From: Hormiphora californensis
Lineage: Eukaryota; Animalia; Ctenophora
Direction: 5' to 3'
Length of the DNA stretch: 64,000 nt
NCBI GenBank assembly: GCA_020137815.1
Contig: CM035353.1
Span: 3,844,001-3,908,000 of the forward strand
Shown: piece by piece, positions 1-15,063 of the stretch
Layout of the letters: each line of letters opens with the position of its first letter
How positions within the stretch are numbered: the first letter of the stretch is position 1
Translations under genes and position numbers: made by a program
Notes under the pieces: generated by a model
What the model saw: only the letters and a program-made list of their open reading frames with translations
Database searches by the model: none
Told to the model about the DNA's origin: nothing

Positions 1-3000
1 CCCTTACTACTCTACCAGGGGTCACCCCCACCCCTATATTCACCCCAACTTGGAGATTTTATCAAACACGAATCACTGAGTCCCCTCATTGTGGAAGGAA
101 TCAGAGGCATGATCATTATCAGAAGATTCAGATACCTCAGGGAGACGTTAATGTTCCCTTATTGGGATGCTAACTCAGCTCCATAATCAAAATCATAATA
201 TGCAGTTTGCCTTTTTTGAAGACATCAAGGATGCAATGAGAAGCATCGTAATCAGGCGATCAAGATATCTCAGGGAAACGTGTGATTGGATCAAGACGGG
301 AATATCGTCTCTGTTTCATAATATATGGAGGAGTGCCTATAACCGTCATCCACCTCAAAACACATAATCATTTTATAAAAATAAGGGAGGTATTCCCCAC
401 ATATATCTTATAGACGAGATCTCGGCCATGAAAGTAAGCGAGGACGAAAAAGCAAAAATTAATGACAATAACATATGAAATCAGGAGAAAGTGAAGAACA
501 TCTCCAAACTCAAATCGTTCCACTCCAATCAGGAACGGTAAGAACAGAAGCATGAGCAGGGAAGATCAACCGAATAGAGAAGAACTGAGGGACCGCAATC
601 TCCTCCAAAAAACCGAGCGATACAATTTAACTAATTAACCTATCTGATTGTAATTATATGCATTAAATGATAATGGTTGCCATTTTAATACCAGTGGTTT
701 CTTGTCCCCCCACCCCATGTAAAACAATTAATTGCTTTACTTTTCAGGCCAAAAGCAACATATAAAGTAAGGACCTGAACACCTGCTCAGAGAAATGTAC
801 CTAGTAAAAACGGAGGTGTTTCTCAAGCCCGATCAGGTACAGGAAAAGGTAATGAAGAAGATAAGGTGGAATTTGCTGGTTCACCCACCCAGACTTCATT
901 ATCCCATCAATGAGAGAGTTGACCAGATATATATTACGTTATTTACAATTATTTCAGCTAATTAATTAATTAAGAACTTCAAAAGATGGTCAATATAAAT
1001 GGATGGTTGCAATTCTTCTTGAAGCAATGACGAAAGAACTAGCTACATATAAATATGTAATACAGTTCCGAATAATAAGCTAAATATGAAGGAATATCAA
1101 TGGAGGAGATAAGGATATTGGTGAAGTCAAGAGACTTTATTATCCAATAAAATCAAACTTATGAGAGACTCAGGCGCTCCTGCATAATCTAATCAAACTT
1201 GCAGGGAATCAACAATGGGGGTCCAGTTTCAGGGATTTTTTACCACCTCAAAAAGATCTTAAAAAGAAGACTACAGCTATGTGCATGCAGTCTTCTGCAC
1301 CGATATAAATAAGGTATGTAAATATTATGATTTATTTTAATCTGATTAAATAATGTAAATATGTCATTTATATTCAACAATTAGCGAATTATTCCTCCCC
1401 TATTGAAATAGTTAACAATCACCCTCAGCTTACTCAGATTACAGGGGCGTCGACACGGGTATGGCAGGTATGGCGGCCGCCATACCTGGAATTCCCAGAC
1501 AACGGTGAATTTCTTGGGAAAATGCTTTAAAATGCTTGCTCAAACAAAAAATTTTCCGGGGGCTTCGCCCCCTGAACCCCGGCTGAGGGGCTTCCCAAAA
1601 AAGAAAAGAGAAAAGGGAGATAAATACTGCTATATTTGTATACGCTCGCTGGTGATATCAGTTTAAAATACACAGGGAAAGATTGTTCAAGATATAACAA
1701 TTAGTTATTGGAAAAATGCTTAAAATTGCTTGCTTATACGAAAAATTTTCCGGGGGCTTCGCTGGTCACTCGCACCGCAATCTGATAAAGCACGCGGTTT
1801 TAAGGACTCCTTGAATCCATATAATATTATCTATTATACTATAAAGCAGGAAATATTGTAATGATATGACGGACCCTCACGATTTTACATTACTTCCCCT
1901 GATAGTAGTCGTATTCGTCGAATAAAACATGTCTCAAGCGAATGAGGGCTTACACGGTATAGTGAACAAGGCGCGGTGTTCCTGTCCTCCGAAGTGAAGA
2001 AACTTGTGATGAAAAATATATTCAACAATGCGTTCTTTGCCCACCCAGATCATATGTACTGTTACAGGATGTTTCTCAATGAGAACAATACTAATTGAGA
2101 AACATCAGCCTCAAAGCACATAATCATTTTATAACACTAGCATTTTATTTATTAATAATTGGGGTCTACTTAGTATTACAACTTAATAGAACCCTGTCTG
2201 TAGAAAAGGATTTCACCCATGATAAATAGGCGAAAGAGAATACCAAGAAGGAAGGTAATATATATAATAATATAATATAATAATATATATAATATATAAT
2301 ATATAATATAATATATAATATAATAATATATAATATAATAATATATATATAATAATATATATATAATAATAATAAGACGGATAGGTAATTTGCAGAATCT
2401 CACGACCTTTTCTTTGCAGGATCCCCCCGCACTACGGTATGTCTCACCCACATACCAGTCCGGACCGAGGAGTATGACCCTACCTACCCTACCAGGGGTC
2501 ACCCCCACCCCTATATTCACCCCAACTCGGGGATTTTATTGACTGAGTCCCCTCACTGTGGAAGTAACCTGTCTACATCAGGATCAAAATCATCCTATCA
2601 GTTTTCAAGACATCAAGGAAGGAATCAGAGGCATCATTATCAGAAGATTCAGATACCTCAGGGACACCTGTGAACCTGTGAGCACCCATTAACTGTCAAG
2701 ATTACATGGTCAAGACTCTCAAACGTGTGCGACAACCTTCTTTCATAATCGAAAGAGATTTCATCAAGCACGAGACGTTAAGTCCCCTTATTTGGATGGT
2801 AACTCAACTCCATAATCAAAATCATAATATGCAGTTTGTCAGTTTTCAAGACATCAAGGATGGAATGAGAGGCATCATTTTCAGGCGATCCAATTATCTC
2901 AGGCAAACCTGCGATTGGATCACTGTAGGACTCAACTATCAGCATCATCACAACAGCCGAATAACAACATCTTAACTCAGTTTCATCTTAAGCTGAGTGC

Positions 3001-3870
3001 CTATAACCCTCTTCTTCACATCAATGTCAGAAAATAAAGGAGGGTCAGGACTTTCTATGAGTGTTTATACGAACAATTGTATATTTATATTTTAGAAAGT
3101 TATGAAAAAGGGGTCAGATGAAATCTACTCAGTACTCAAAAAAACTAAATTGAAGAGGGATCTGTTGTAATCCTCAAATCAATCTTCAATCGCAATAACC
3201 TGCCAAGTTGACACTGTCCTCCCAATCAATTATCTACATAATTGGGTGTAATCAATTAGGCGTAATAATTTATAATTTATTATACGGCTACGACTTATAT
3301 ATGTAGTTGTTCTTTAGTAGTATACGTTTAAATAGACCCTCATCCACCTCAAAATACAATCATTTTATAAAAATATAATTTCCAAGTTCCGTTCGCTGAA
3401 GCAAGGAATGACGGAGACAGAAACATACGAGAGTTTGGATACAGGCTGCTATAAATTGGATACCGGCAGAGGTACAAAACTAATAAAACTTAATCCAAAT
3501 GCCTCATATGGAAACTGTTTGTCTGGCCAACAGTCTCTGCTCACTGGAGAAAAACTCTTGCTTTTAATTCGGCTAAAAAATAATGACAATAACATATTAT
3601 GAAATCAGGAGAAAGTGAAGAACATCTCCAAACTCAAACCGTTCCATACCAATCAGGAACGGAGCGAACAGCTGGAGATGAGCAGGGAAGATCAACCGAA
3701 TAAAGAAGGACTGAGGGACCGCAATCTCCTCCAAAAAATGTAGCTAGTAAAAACGGAGGTGTTTCTCGAGCCCGAGGTACAGAAAAAGATAATGACTAAT
3801 TAAGAAACTGAGGTGGAATTCGCTGGTTCGCCCACCTGCACCCAGACTTCTTTATCCCATCAATGACTAA
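1..3870 (+). repeat. Diverged direct duplication (about 1-915 vs 2478-3870) of a degraded multi-ORF unit
   Basis: taccaggggtcacccccacccctatattcaccccaact occurs near 13 and near 2490; ORFs 167..367 and 2706..2975 are paralogous (TQLHNQNHNMQF...DIKD.MR.I..RRS.YLR.TCDWI); 460-610 matches 3582-3735. Confidence 0.8.
1442..2070 (+). mobile_element. Degraded DNA-transposon remnant (TIR-like start plus transposase-like fragment)
   Basis: caggggcgtcgacacgggtatggcagg looks like a TIR start at 1442; 1975-2060 translates as FLSSEVKKLVMKNIFNNAFFAHPDHM, resembling the NAYFAHPEN motif I associate with hAT-related transposases; stops present. Confidence 0.35.
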
Positions 3871-4562
3871 CGGGTTGTTATGATTTATAAAGTATTAACT
3901 TTAGTAGTAAAAAGCATTTCACAATATTAATTTGCCAAAATATGAAGAGAATTCTATAAAAATATTGATTACATATAAATATAAATATGTTACCAAATTA
4001 CAGATCTCACAGAAGGTGGAGGTTACTAAATCAGGTCATTATAACATTCCCAGCTCCGACATTGTATTGTTCATACAACAGCACAACTCCGACCCTCGTC
4101 CCTCCTATGAGGTGGAGATACATACCGACTGTAGTATCATGAGCGCAAGACATTATATTGACGCATTTTACAAGAAAAGATTAACATAACATCGACCCGA
4201 TCAGAGGATAACAAACTGCAGGTCCCTCAAGGAATAAACGGAAAATGGGATAGACTGTTGAACTAACTGAGACTCAGCTGAATTTCTGAGTGCCAGAAGT
4301 TGAATTTCAGTGTTTATCATAGGGTCTTAAATTAATTAAGTTTTTCCACAGACATTGCTTCATGGAATTTAAATTCAAACCACCGGTATGTGCAATAAGG
4401 TAATAGAGTATATGTGCAATAAGGTAATAGAGTATAAACAATAAATTAATTAAATATGTAACTATTATTCATTACAGCTTCATAGCGTTGTCAATAGTGT
4501 CTGACTGTCATGGTCTGGAAGCCCCCTACTGCACGGAGCTTTTCTGAATCACCTAAATGGCT

Positions 4563-4692
4563 AAAAATGAAGGGGCCCAAGCCCAAACTTCCTGATAAGA
4601 TAGAAAGCTAATTCAGTTGCGTTGGATTCGTCTCGAAAAGGAGATTCAGAAAATCTCCGTGCTCCTAGGGGGTTTCAGACCACAGTCAACCC
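4563..4692 (+). repeat. Dispersed repeat, also at about 18387-18567 and 32615-32746
   Basis: aagcccaaacttcc(t/c)gataagatagaaagcta...gttggattcgtct...gggtttcaga shared by three loci. Confidence 0.8.
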
Positions 4693-4878
4693 CTAGTTGT
4701 CAAACGTAAATACTGGAGAAGACTGAAAGATGGGTTTTATGTTTAAGCTATACAATTGTGCTAAAAGTACATCTGCAATAAACTAAAATGCTAATCCATT
4801 GAGTAAGATCTAATTTTACACTTGAATGTCCAATATTAATTAAATTATGTTCTAACCCGAAGGGCGGCAAATGAACTA

Positions 4879-5283
4879 ATGGCTGGAGAAAAGGCGAAGT
4901 ACGAGGCGGACCTGGAGGCGGCGAAAGATTACATCAGAAACATGGAGGAGAGTATGAAGGAGGAGGCGGAGGCAAGGGAGGATCGGGAGGTGGTGGAAAT
5001 AACGCCGGAAGACGTGCGCATGGTCTTTCCGACCTACTTTATAGACGAAATTAGTATCATGAAGGTGCGAGAAGATGAAAAGGCGATGGCGGCGGAGAAT
5101 TGGGAGGAAGATCGGGAGAGAGTTATAGAGCTCTTGGCCCCACGGGAACTAAAGGTGTTGGCGGTATCAATGTTTAGAGCCCTCAAACAGGAGTTTATAG
5201 TGAGTCAATTAGGGAATTTGCTTGGCGACAGGCTCCTCAGGACAGCAGCCGAAGTGCAAAATCTGCATGCAGGGCTGTCCTGA
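4879..5283 (+). CDS. 134-aa acidic, helical ORF of unknown origin, possibly an element-derived fragment
   Basis: Open frame with coding-like composition; no recognisable motif. Confidence 0.3.
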   Translation: MAGEKAKYEADLEAAKDYIRNMEESMKEEAEAREDREVVEITPEDVRMVFPTYFIDEISIMKVREDEKAMAAENWEEDRERVIELLAPRELKVLAVSMFRALKQEFIVSQLGNLLGDRLLRTAAEVQNLHAGLS

Positions 5284-6383
5284 GGAGAAACAACGGTTAC
5301 TGAAAACAACCTTATGGACTGGCCGGGGTTATGGATGCGAAAATCGCGATGGAAATCGCAGAAGTACTTGAGACGGAAAATTTCACCCAGATAGTGGAAT
5401 TAAGTTATGTTCTATCCCAAATAGTGTGACCAAGGCTACAGAGTGTTGAGATGTATCATCACAACATTAAACACGTGATGCGGGAATACGCCACGTAGGC
5501 AGAAACACGCCGTAAAGAGTTGTTATGTCTGAGTAGCAGACATAACAACCCCCAACACCCCTGGTTATAAGGGAGACCACGGAGAGGGGAGGTTAGACTT
5601 TAGCAGTACGACTCTTTTTACATTCTAAACCGTATCCGACTGTTTCTACCTTTGTTCCCTAAAACCGATGGTTCACCCTGGCATCACTCATCTTATCAAG
5701 AGCAAGACAAACTATTAATTATTTTGAGAAATTCTTGGGGACCGGGTAACCACATAAACTATACCCCTCAGATATAGACTGGGTGAGAGTAATTTGATGT
5801 CCAAGATCAATAAGAGACATTATATTTATGTATGTAATTTTGTTTTGGAAATCAGAGCTTTAGATATTTTAACACAAGGCAAGATGTTTAACATGATGCC
5901 CAACAAAATTAAAATCATACACAGAACACTGTGTCAAAGGAGGAACGGGAGACGGAGAGAGAAATTACACAATTCAAATAATGGCGGGAAACAGACGAAA
6001 GAGTGGGTACGTGGCAAGACCGTGAGGGAGAGTGAGAAAGGGAATTATACTTTTAGAATGGGGGAGTAATCATTAAGGAGTCGGTTAGAGTGAAAATATA
6101 TAAAGGGCAGAGAGATTTTCTGAAGTGTGAGATTGAAGATAAGGATCAGGGCAAAGATTTGTTGGAAGACCTATAATAGAGAGAGGGACCAGATAGGCGA
6201 GAGGGAGTGGGTAAAAGGAGAGGGAGAGAGGGACCAGATAGGCGAGAGGGCTGAGTAAAAGAAGAGAGATGGAGAGAAATAGCGTGAGGGGTGAGACAGT
6301 GTAAACTGTATAAGAGAGTGAACCAGAGAGAGGGAAGAGGGAGAACTCCCTATCCCACGGTACGGTCTGGTGTGTTGACAGGG

Positions 6384-6561
<178 letters not shown>

Positions 6562-6624
6562 GACCACGAGGGTCAGTGATGATCGAAAGACTCAAAGATA
6601 ATCATGGGGTCAGGGGTGGTATAT

Positions 6625-9868
<3,244 letters not shown>

Positions 9869-10109
9869 TAAGGGAAAAGGTAGTACAGAGAGGGAATGAT
9901 AAAATTAGAGTAGACATTTGATAACAACAAGTTTTAAGGTGGGAACACTAAAGAATAGGTATGGAATCACTTATTTAAAATTAAGTGAAATATAGTGATC
10001 ATCGGACACACATACGTATCAGGCTGAGTGATATTTTCGCGGGAACGGAGCGGTAGGTAGTTACCAACCATTAGTAAACCCAATAATGTAACTAATTATA
10101 CTGCAATCC

Positions 10110-10209
10110 NNNNNNNNNNNNNNNNNNNNNNNNNNNNNNNNNNNNNNNNNNNNNNNNNNNNNNNNNNNNNNNNNNNNNNNNNNNNNNNNNNNNNNNNNNN
10201 NNNNNNNNN
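10110..10209. other. Assembly gap (100 N)
   Basis: Run of N. Confidence 1.
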
Positions 10210-11442
10210 CATACGCACATAACTACTGCGCGACCTTATTTTGTATTTCGGTATGTATCTCTCTCCCTCACTAAGTTGTTTTGTCACATTCTCTCCCATC
10301 TTGAGAGCCGAACCAGATTTGGCACGACCTTAATCTCGAGGAGAGATTGTGGTGTTAACTAGTGAGTGGGAGAGATACATAGGCAAATACGTTTGGCACG
10401 ACCTTAATTTGGAGGAGAGAGCAGTGTTATTTTGAAGCAAAATTGCTTTTTTCGTTGTTTTTCTTTATAGAAATCATGGGTATTGACCCAATCTGTACAA
10501 CTCCGGTACCACCGGAAAGATGAGACAAAGTTCTAGGTGGGACATGTCGCCGATTTTTGAGATCGGTTTTAGTTCCTGAGCTACAATCAAAACAAAATGC
10601 TTGGGTAACGTGACTGATTTTGGTAGTCGAACGCGGTTTTTGCTGTCATTTTGCTTGTTGTTTTCCAAATTAAACCTAGTTTTCACCAGTAAACTCGGAA
10701 TTAAATTCTCTAAAAGATGGTGTTTGTTAGAACTTGATACGATGAGAAAAGGACACACGACAAGCATTTGTTTGCATGTTGGTCAAAGTGCGGAATATTT
10801 TAGAAAGTAAAAGGAGGGTTTGGCACGACCTTAGGAATAGACCCTAGTAATACGTATGCATGGTATGATCAATGATCATACGGACACACATACCTTGATG
10901 ATTGATATTTTCGCGGGAGGAACGGAGGGTCATGGGTAGTTACCTAACCAATTAGTAAATACCAAACTAATTACCAAACCAATTGCCAAACCAAACCAAT
11001 TACCAAACCAAACCAAACCATTACCAACACAACTACCAGACATCCCATATTAGATACCAAAATTAGAAAGCAATCAATTCGTCAGTATCGTCGTTCTGAT
11101 GGATACAGCTGTCATTGGATAGGAAGGAAGAGGCTGTTAAAGGGATCAGATAAATGGAGCGGCTGGAGTTGGCGGTTCAAGAGGAAGCCAGGCGGGGAAA
11201 ATCACCTGACGACTAGAAATTTGCACACAACTTCACTACTCAAAGTAATATAATAATTGTATTTTATTAATTAGTATTGTATTGTATAAACATGATACAT
11301 CATTCCATCATACGAACAAATGCAAAGTATAACCACGATCTCGAAAGTCCTTATAATGATAAATTATACATTGCATGCTACATATTGAGAACAATCTTCC
11401 ATCATTGTCAGTTAATTGGCATTTACTTTCATCCCCATATTA

Positions 11443-11551
11443 CAGGAACCGACCGAAACAAGTAAACAACCAGTCAGAACTCTTTATTTAGGTCACGTGA
11501 CTGGTTATCAGCCAATCAGGGACCAGTATTTCCTGTTTCGGTCAGTTCCTG
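11443..11551. mobile_element. 109-bp hAT-type MITE
   Basis: caggaac...gttcctg termini; near-perfect 8-bp TSD ccatatta/ccatatca; inverted copy at 17793-17901. Confidence 0.85.
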
Positions 11552-11586
11552 CCATATCATCCCATATTGATCTCTTTTCCATCTGT

Positions 11587-14267
11587 TTACACTAGTAGAA
11601 TAGGTTTGATGTTCATGGTTATCGAGATGGATCCGATGTCTTTTCCCTTGTACTTCAGGTGAACGAGCTGGTTTTCCAAGCTTTCCTCTACAGCGGGGTT
11701 AAACGATCCCTAAACAGAGATACGTTATCTATAACAGGGTTAAACGATCCCTAAACAGAGATAAGATATCTATAACAGGGTTAAACGATCCCTAAACAGA
11801 GAGAAGTTATCGGTAAGGCTTGTTGCTTTCAATCCTAGGCTACAATTAAGGGTACACCTGGCGTTTTTCATCATCGAGTGCCCAACCAAATGACTTCACC
11901 AGGGTTTAGGTCATACAAAATAGACCTCAAATATGCAATTTTAGCCCTAAAGTCGAATTCATATTTTTGCTACAGCCTATTTTCAAAGTGGCGTTTTTTC
12001 AATTTTTGTTGGAATTTTTAACCTCAGGACCACTTTTTTTGAGATAGAAACATTAAATTCTTGAAATTTGAAGAGAATATAAAGGTGAATACCCAAAGAA
12101 GGATTTTTGAAATGGAGCTTATTTCTGGCCATGAGAAGGGTTTACTTTTTTGCTTCTTTGACACGCTGGCTGAGAATGTTCCCATGCTTCATTAGAGATG
12201 AAAATCTGGAATAGTTGCTCAAAACGATTATCTATGTGGCCCAAAAATTTTGGAACTTTCCCGCCAAAGATGTGGTGTACAGAGCTTGTTTGGTGAAACC
12301 CGCCTTTTTGAAAAAGAGAGGAATTCCCTGTATCTCCAAAACGGATGATCGTAGAGACCTAGGACCAAGCTTAATCGATTCAGAAGGTCCGATTTTGGGG
12401 GTCTTCTGAAGACATTTTGCTCCTACTCCACCGTTTTTGCTGTAATTGCAAAAAACCAATTCTATGAAAAGGGGGAACAACTCTATTCCAGTATCCTGCT
12501 TCGGGCTGATTTCCCCCTTACTTGCTGATACCTTTTTCGCAATTACAGCAAAAACGGTTGGAGTAGGAAGCAAATGTCTCTTGAAGACCCCCAAATCGGA
12601 CCTTCTGAATCGATTAAGCTTGGTCCCAGGTCCTTACGATCATCCGTTTTTGGAGATACAGGGATTTCCTCTCTTTTTCAAAAAGACGGGTTTCACAAAA
12701 ACAAGCTCTGTACACCACATTTTTGCGGGAAAGTTCCAAAATTTTTGGGCCACATAGATAATCGTTTTGAGCAACTATTTCCAGATTTTCATCTCTAATG
12801 AAGCATGGGAACATTCTCAGCCAGCGTGTCAAGAAGCAAAAAAGTAAACCCTTCTCATGGCCAAAATAAGCTCCATTTCAAAAATCCTTCTTTGGGCTTA
12901 TTCACCTTTATATTCTCTTCAAATTTCAAGAATTTAATGTTTCTATCTCAAAAAAAGTGGTCCTGAGGTTAAATTCCAACAAAAATTGAAAAAAACGCCA
13001 CTTTGAAAATAGGCTGTAGCAAAAATATGAATTCGACTTTAGGGCTAAAATTGCATATTTGAGGTCCATTTTGTATGACCTAAACCCTGGTGAAGTCATT
13101 TGGTTGGGCACTCGATGATGAAAAACGCCAGGTGTACCCTTAAGTCCTTGCTGAACGATCGCTAGTTAACTGGTTACTATATATGTAGATCACATTTCAG
13201 ACTAATTTAAATGTTAAATACGACTGCTCTGCTTTCTATTCAATTGATAATTAATTAACTAAGTTATAACTTACTGAACCAACTTCATCATCATCACCAA
13301 TGTCATCTTTGTCCATCAACTCAAACCTCAACCTGTAACAAGTTTCAATACAATCGTCAATCAATATAATGTTTTGCTAGTTTATAATTCTCGGCGGCTA
13401 GCCTGTATAATATATGCAGATAATTCCAACTAACTTTGTAGCCTTGGGCTCGCCTTTCGTCTTGAAAACCAGCAATTCATTGACAACCACTGAAGTAGTG
13501 TTGTTGACTGGTTTCGTTTTTCCAACTAGGACATCATTCGCGTACACCTGAAATGGCAATATTGTGAGCATTGTGTTAAAAGTAATTTCCTGCCAACAAA
13601 TTACCATTTAGTTCTTCTATGATCGAGTTGTTGAGTAATTAGCATAATTAAATCAGGGTGTTAATATCAGGGCATTGTCAATGTCAGAGCATTGGATTGC
13701 TTGTCTCATAAGGGCCTGAACACCACTATACCGGTGATACTTGGCTGGTTTGTTGAGTAAGGGGGAAGGGTTCCCCCTTACTCAACAATGGCTGGTAGGT
13801 ACTAGAAGTTGCGGGGGAAATGATATTGTACCATAAAAGTACTCTAGATCGAGGTAATTTATACACTTACAATGACATATGGGTCAATTTGTCCTGTGAC
13901 GTCAGTCTTCCTTGTGATGTTATTGATAGAATCGATGTAGAGCTCCACTATGTCCGTGGTTTCTGCAGGTGCACCGCTGGGCGTCTAAAAGAAACACATT
14001 TCATAATCATGATAATATATGTACTTGGGGAAGCAGTCGTGCCTGAACTTCAGGTTCAGGCCACTGCTATTTTCAAATGAGACCTGGGATCTCAGGTTTC
14101 AATGACGCGGCTATTCCCTGAGATTAATGTAGGGATCAGGAGACACACTGAAGTTGGTCGGCGCGTGCGTCATGAGATCTCTACCGAGTGATAAAAGTAA
14201 GGAATTGCTTGGCAAATCTTACCGTTCCTTCCTCGCGCTCCTCATCACTTGATCCAAAGAAACCCAT
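11587..14267 (-). CDS. Single C2-domain protein, paralog A (5 exons, 150 aa)
   Basis: Exons 14267-14223, 13984-13871, 13547-13435, 13332-13275, 11709-11587, all GT-AG and phase-consistent; MGFFGSSDEEREEGT-TPSGAPAETTDIVELYIDSINNITRKTDVTGQIDPYVI-VYANDVLVGKTKPVNNTTSVVVNELLVFKTKGEPKATK-LRFELMDKDDIGDDDEVGS-GSFNPAVEESLENQLVHLKYKGKDIGSISITMNIKPILLV*; DPYV, KT and DxDxxxxDD C2 hallmarks. Confidence 0.88.
11697..11801. repeat. 41-bp tandem repeat (~2.6 copies) spanning the last splice acceptor of C2 gene A
   Basis: ggttaaacgatccctaaacagaga at 11697, 11738 and 11779. Confidence 0.9.
11850..13139. mobile_element. 1.29-kb fold-back DNA transposon with TTAA TSD (Kolobok-like termini), copy 1, in intron 4 of C2 gene A
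   Basis: TTAA|gggtacacctggcg...cgccaggtgtaccc|TTAA; ~610-bp inverted arms, ~75-bp spacer; TTAA TSD with RR..YY termini is the Kolobok pattern. Confidence 0.9.
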
Positions 14268-15063
14268 TGCTTAAAACATTTTAATACAAGCTGCGCATTA
14301 TATAATACCTCACAGGAACCTGACACCAGGTTCTGCAGATTGTAAGCAATTGATCGCTAATAGCGCATATAATAATGTATAGTTAAGTTCTAAACGATTG
14401 ACGATAACTTTTAGAAGTTTTGAATACAGCTCAGCATACTTCCTGATACGTGTATCAAATGAAGCTGCAACGCAAACATGGTAGCTGACTATTATTATAG
14501 GAAGGCTTGTCAGGCTAATGCTCTGACCACAGTTCTCCCATGCTCCGCTGAAAAAAAAATGAGAATAGGCGCAGGCCAATGCTCTGACAGAGGAATGCAG
14601 GGTGGTTTACAATAACATTGTACACGTGTGAGAGAGCTGCAGGAATATGCTTCCTGGAAAGGCTGGCTAAAATAAACAAGCATCCTAACTTGCTATAGTA
14701 CTACACAGAATCACAGCTCCTGCCACTATAGTCCTGGTTGAAAGGTGGTCTTATAATATGGGCGTACCGCGTATACATACATCCAAATATGTCAAAATTC
14801 GTTTCGATTTTCATTTGGGGTCATTTACATGGGTGCTTGTAGTGAAAATACAGTATCGGTTCAACACGGTAAGACGAGACCAATCAGATCGCAAGAAAAA
14901 TCTTTAATTAGTTCAGTAATGTTTAAAACAAAAAACAAACATAAACCAGGTAAATATAAAGTATCATATGGCCATTTGTGCTTCCACAATTGTAGCAATT
15001 TAAAATACCAATTCAAGCAACATACATATACGAATTATTTAGTGTCCGGCCAATACAATCATT

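Noticed and set aside
9995-10975. Direct repeat on either side of the N gap
   Set aside because: Indel-ridden duplicate at contig ends; most likely an assembly overlap
12215-13111. ORFs inside the fold-back element (also 41711-42591)
   Set aside because: Mirror-image ORFs with no transposase motifs; by-products of the palindrome
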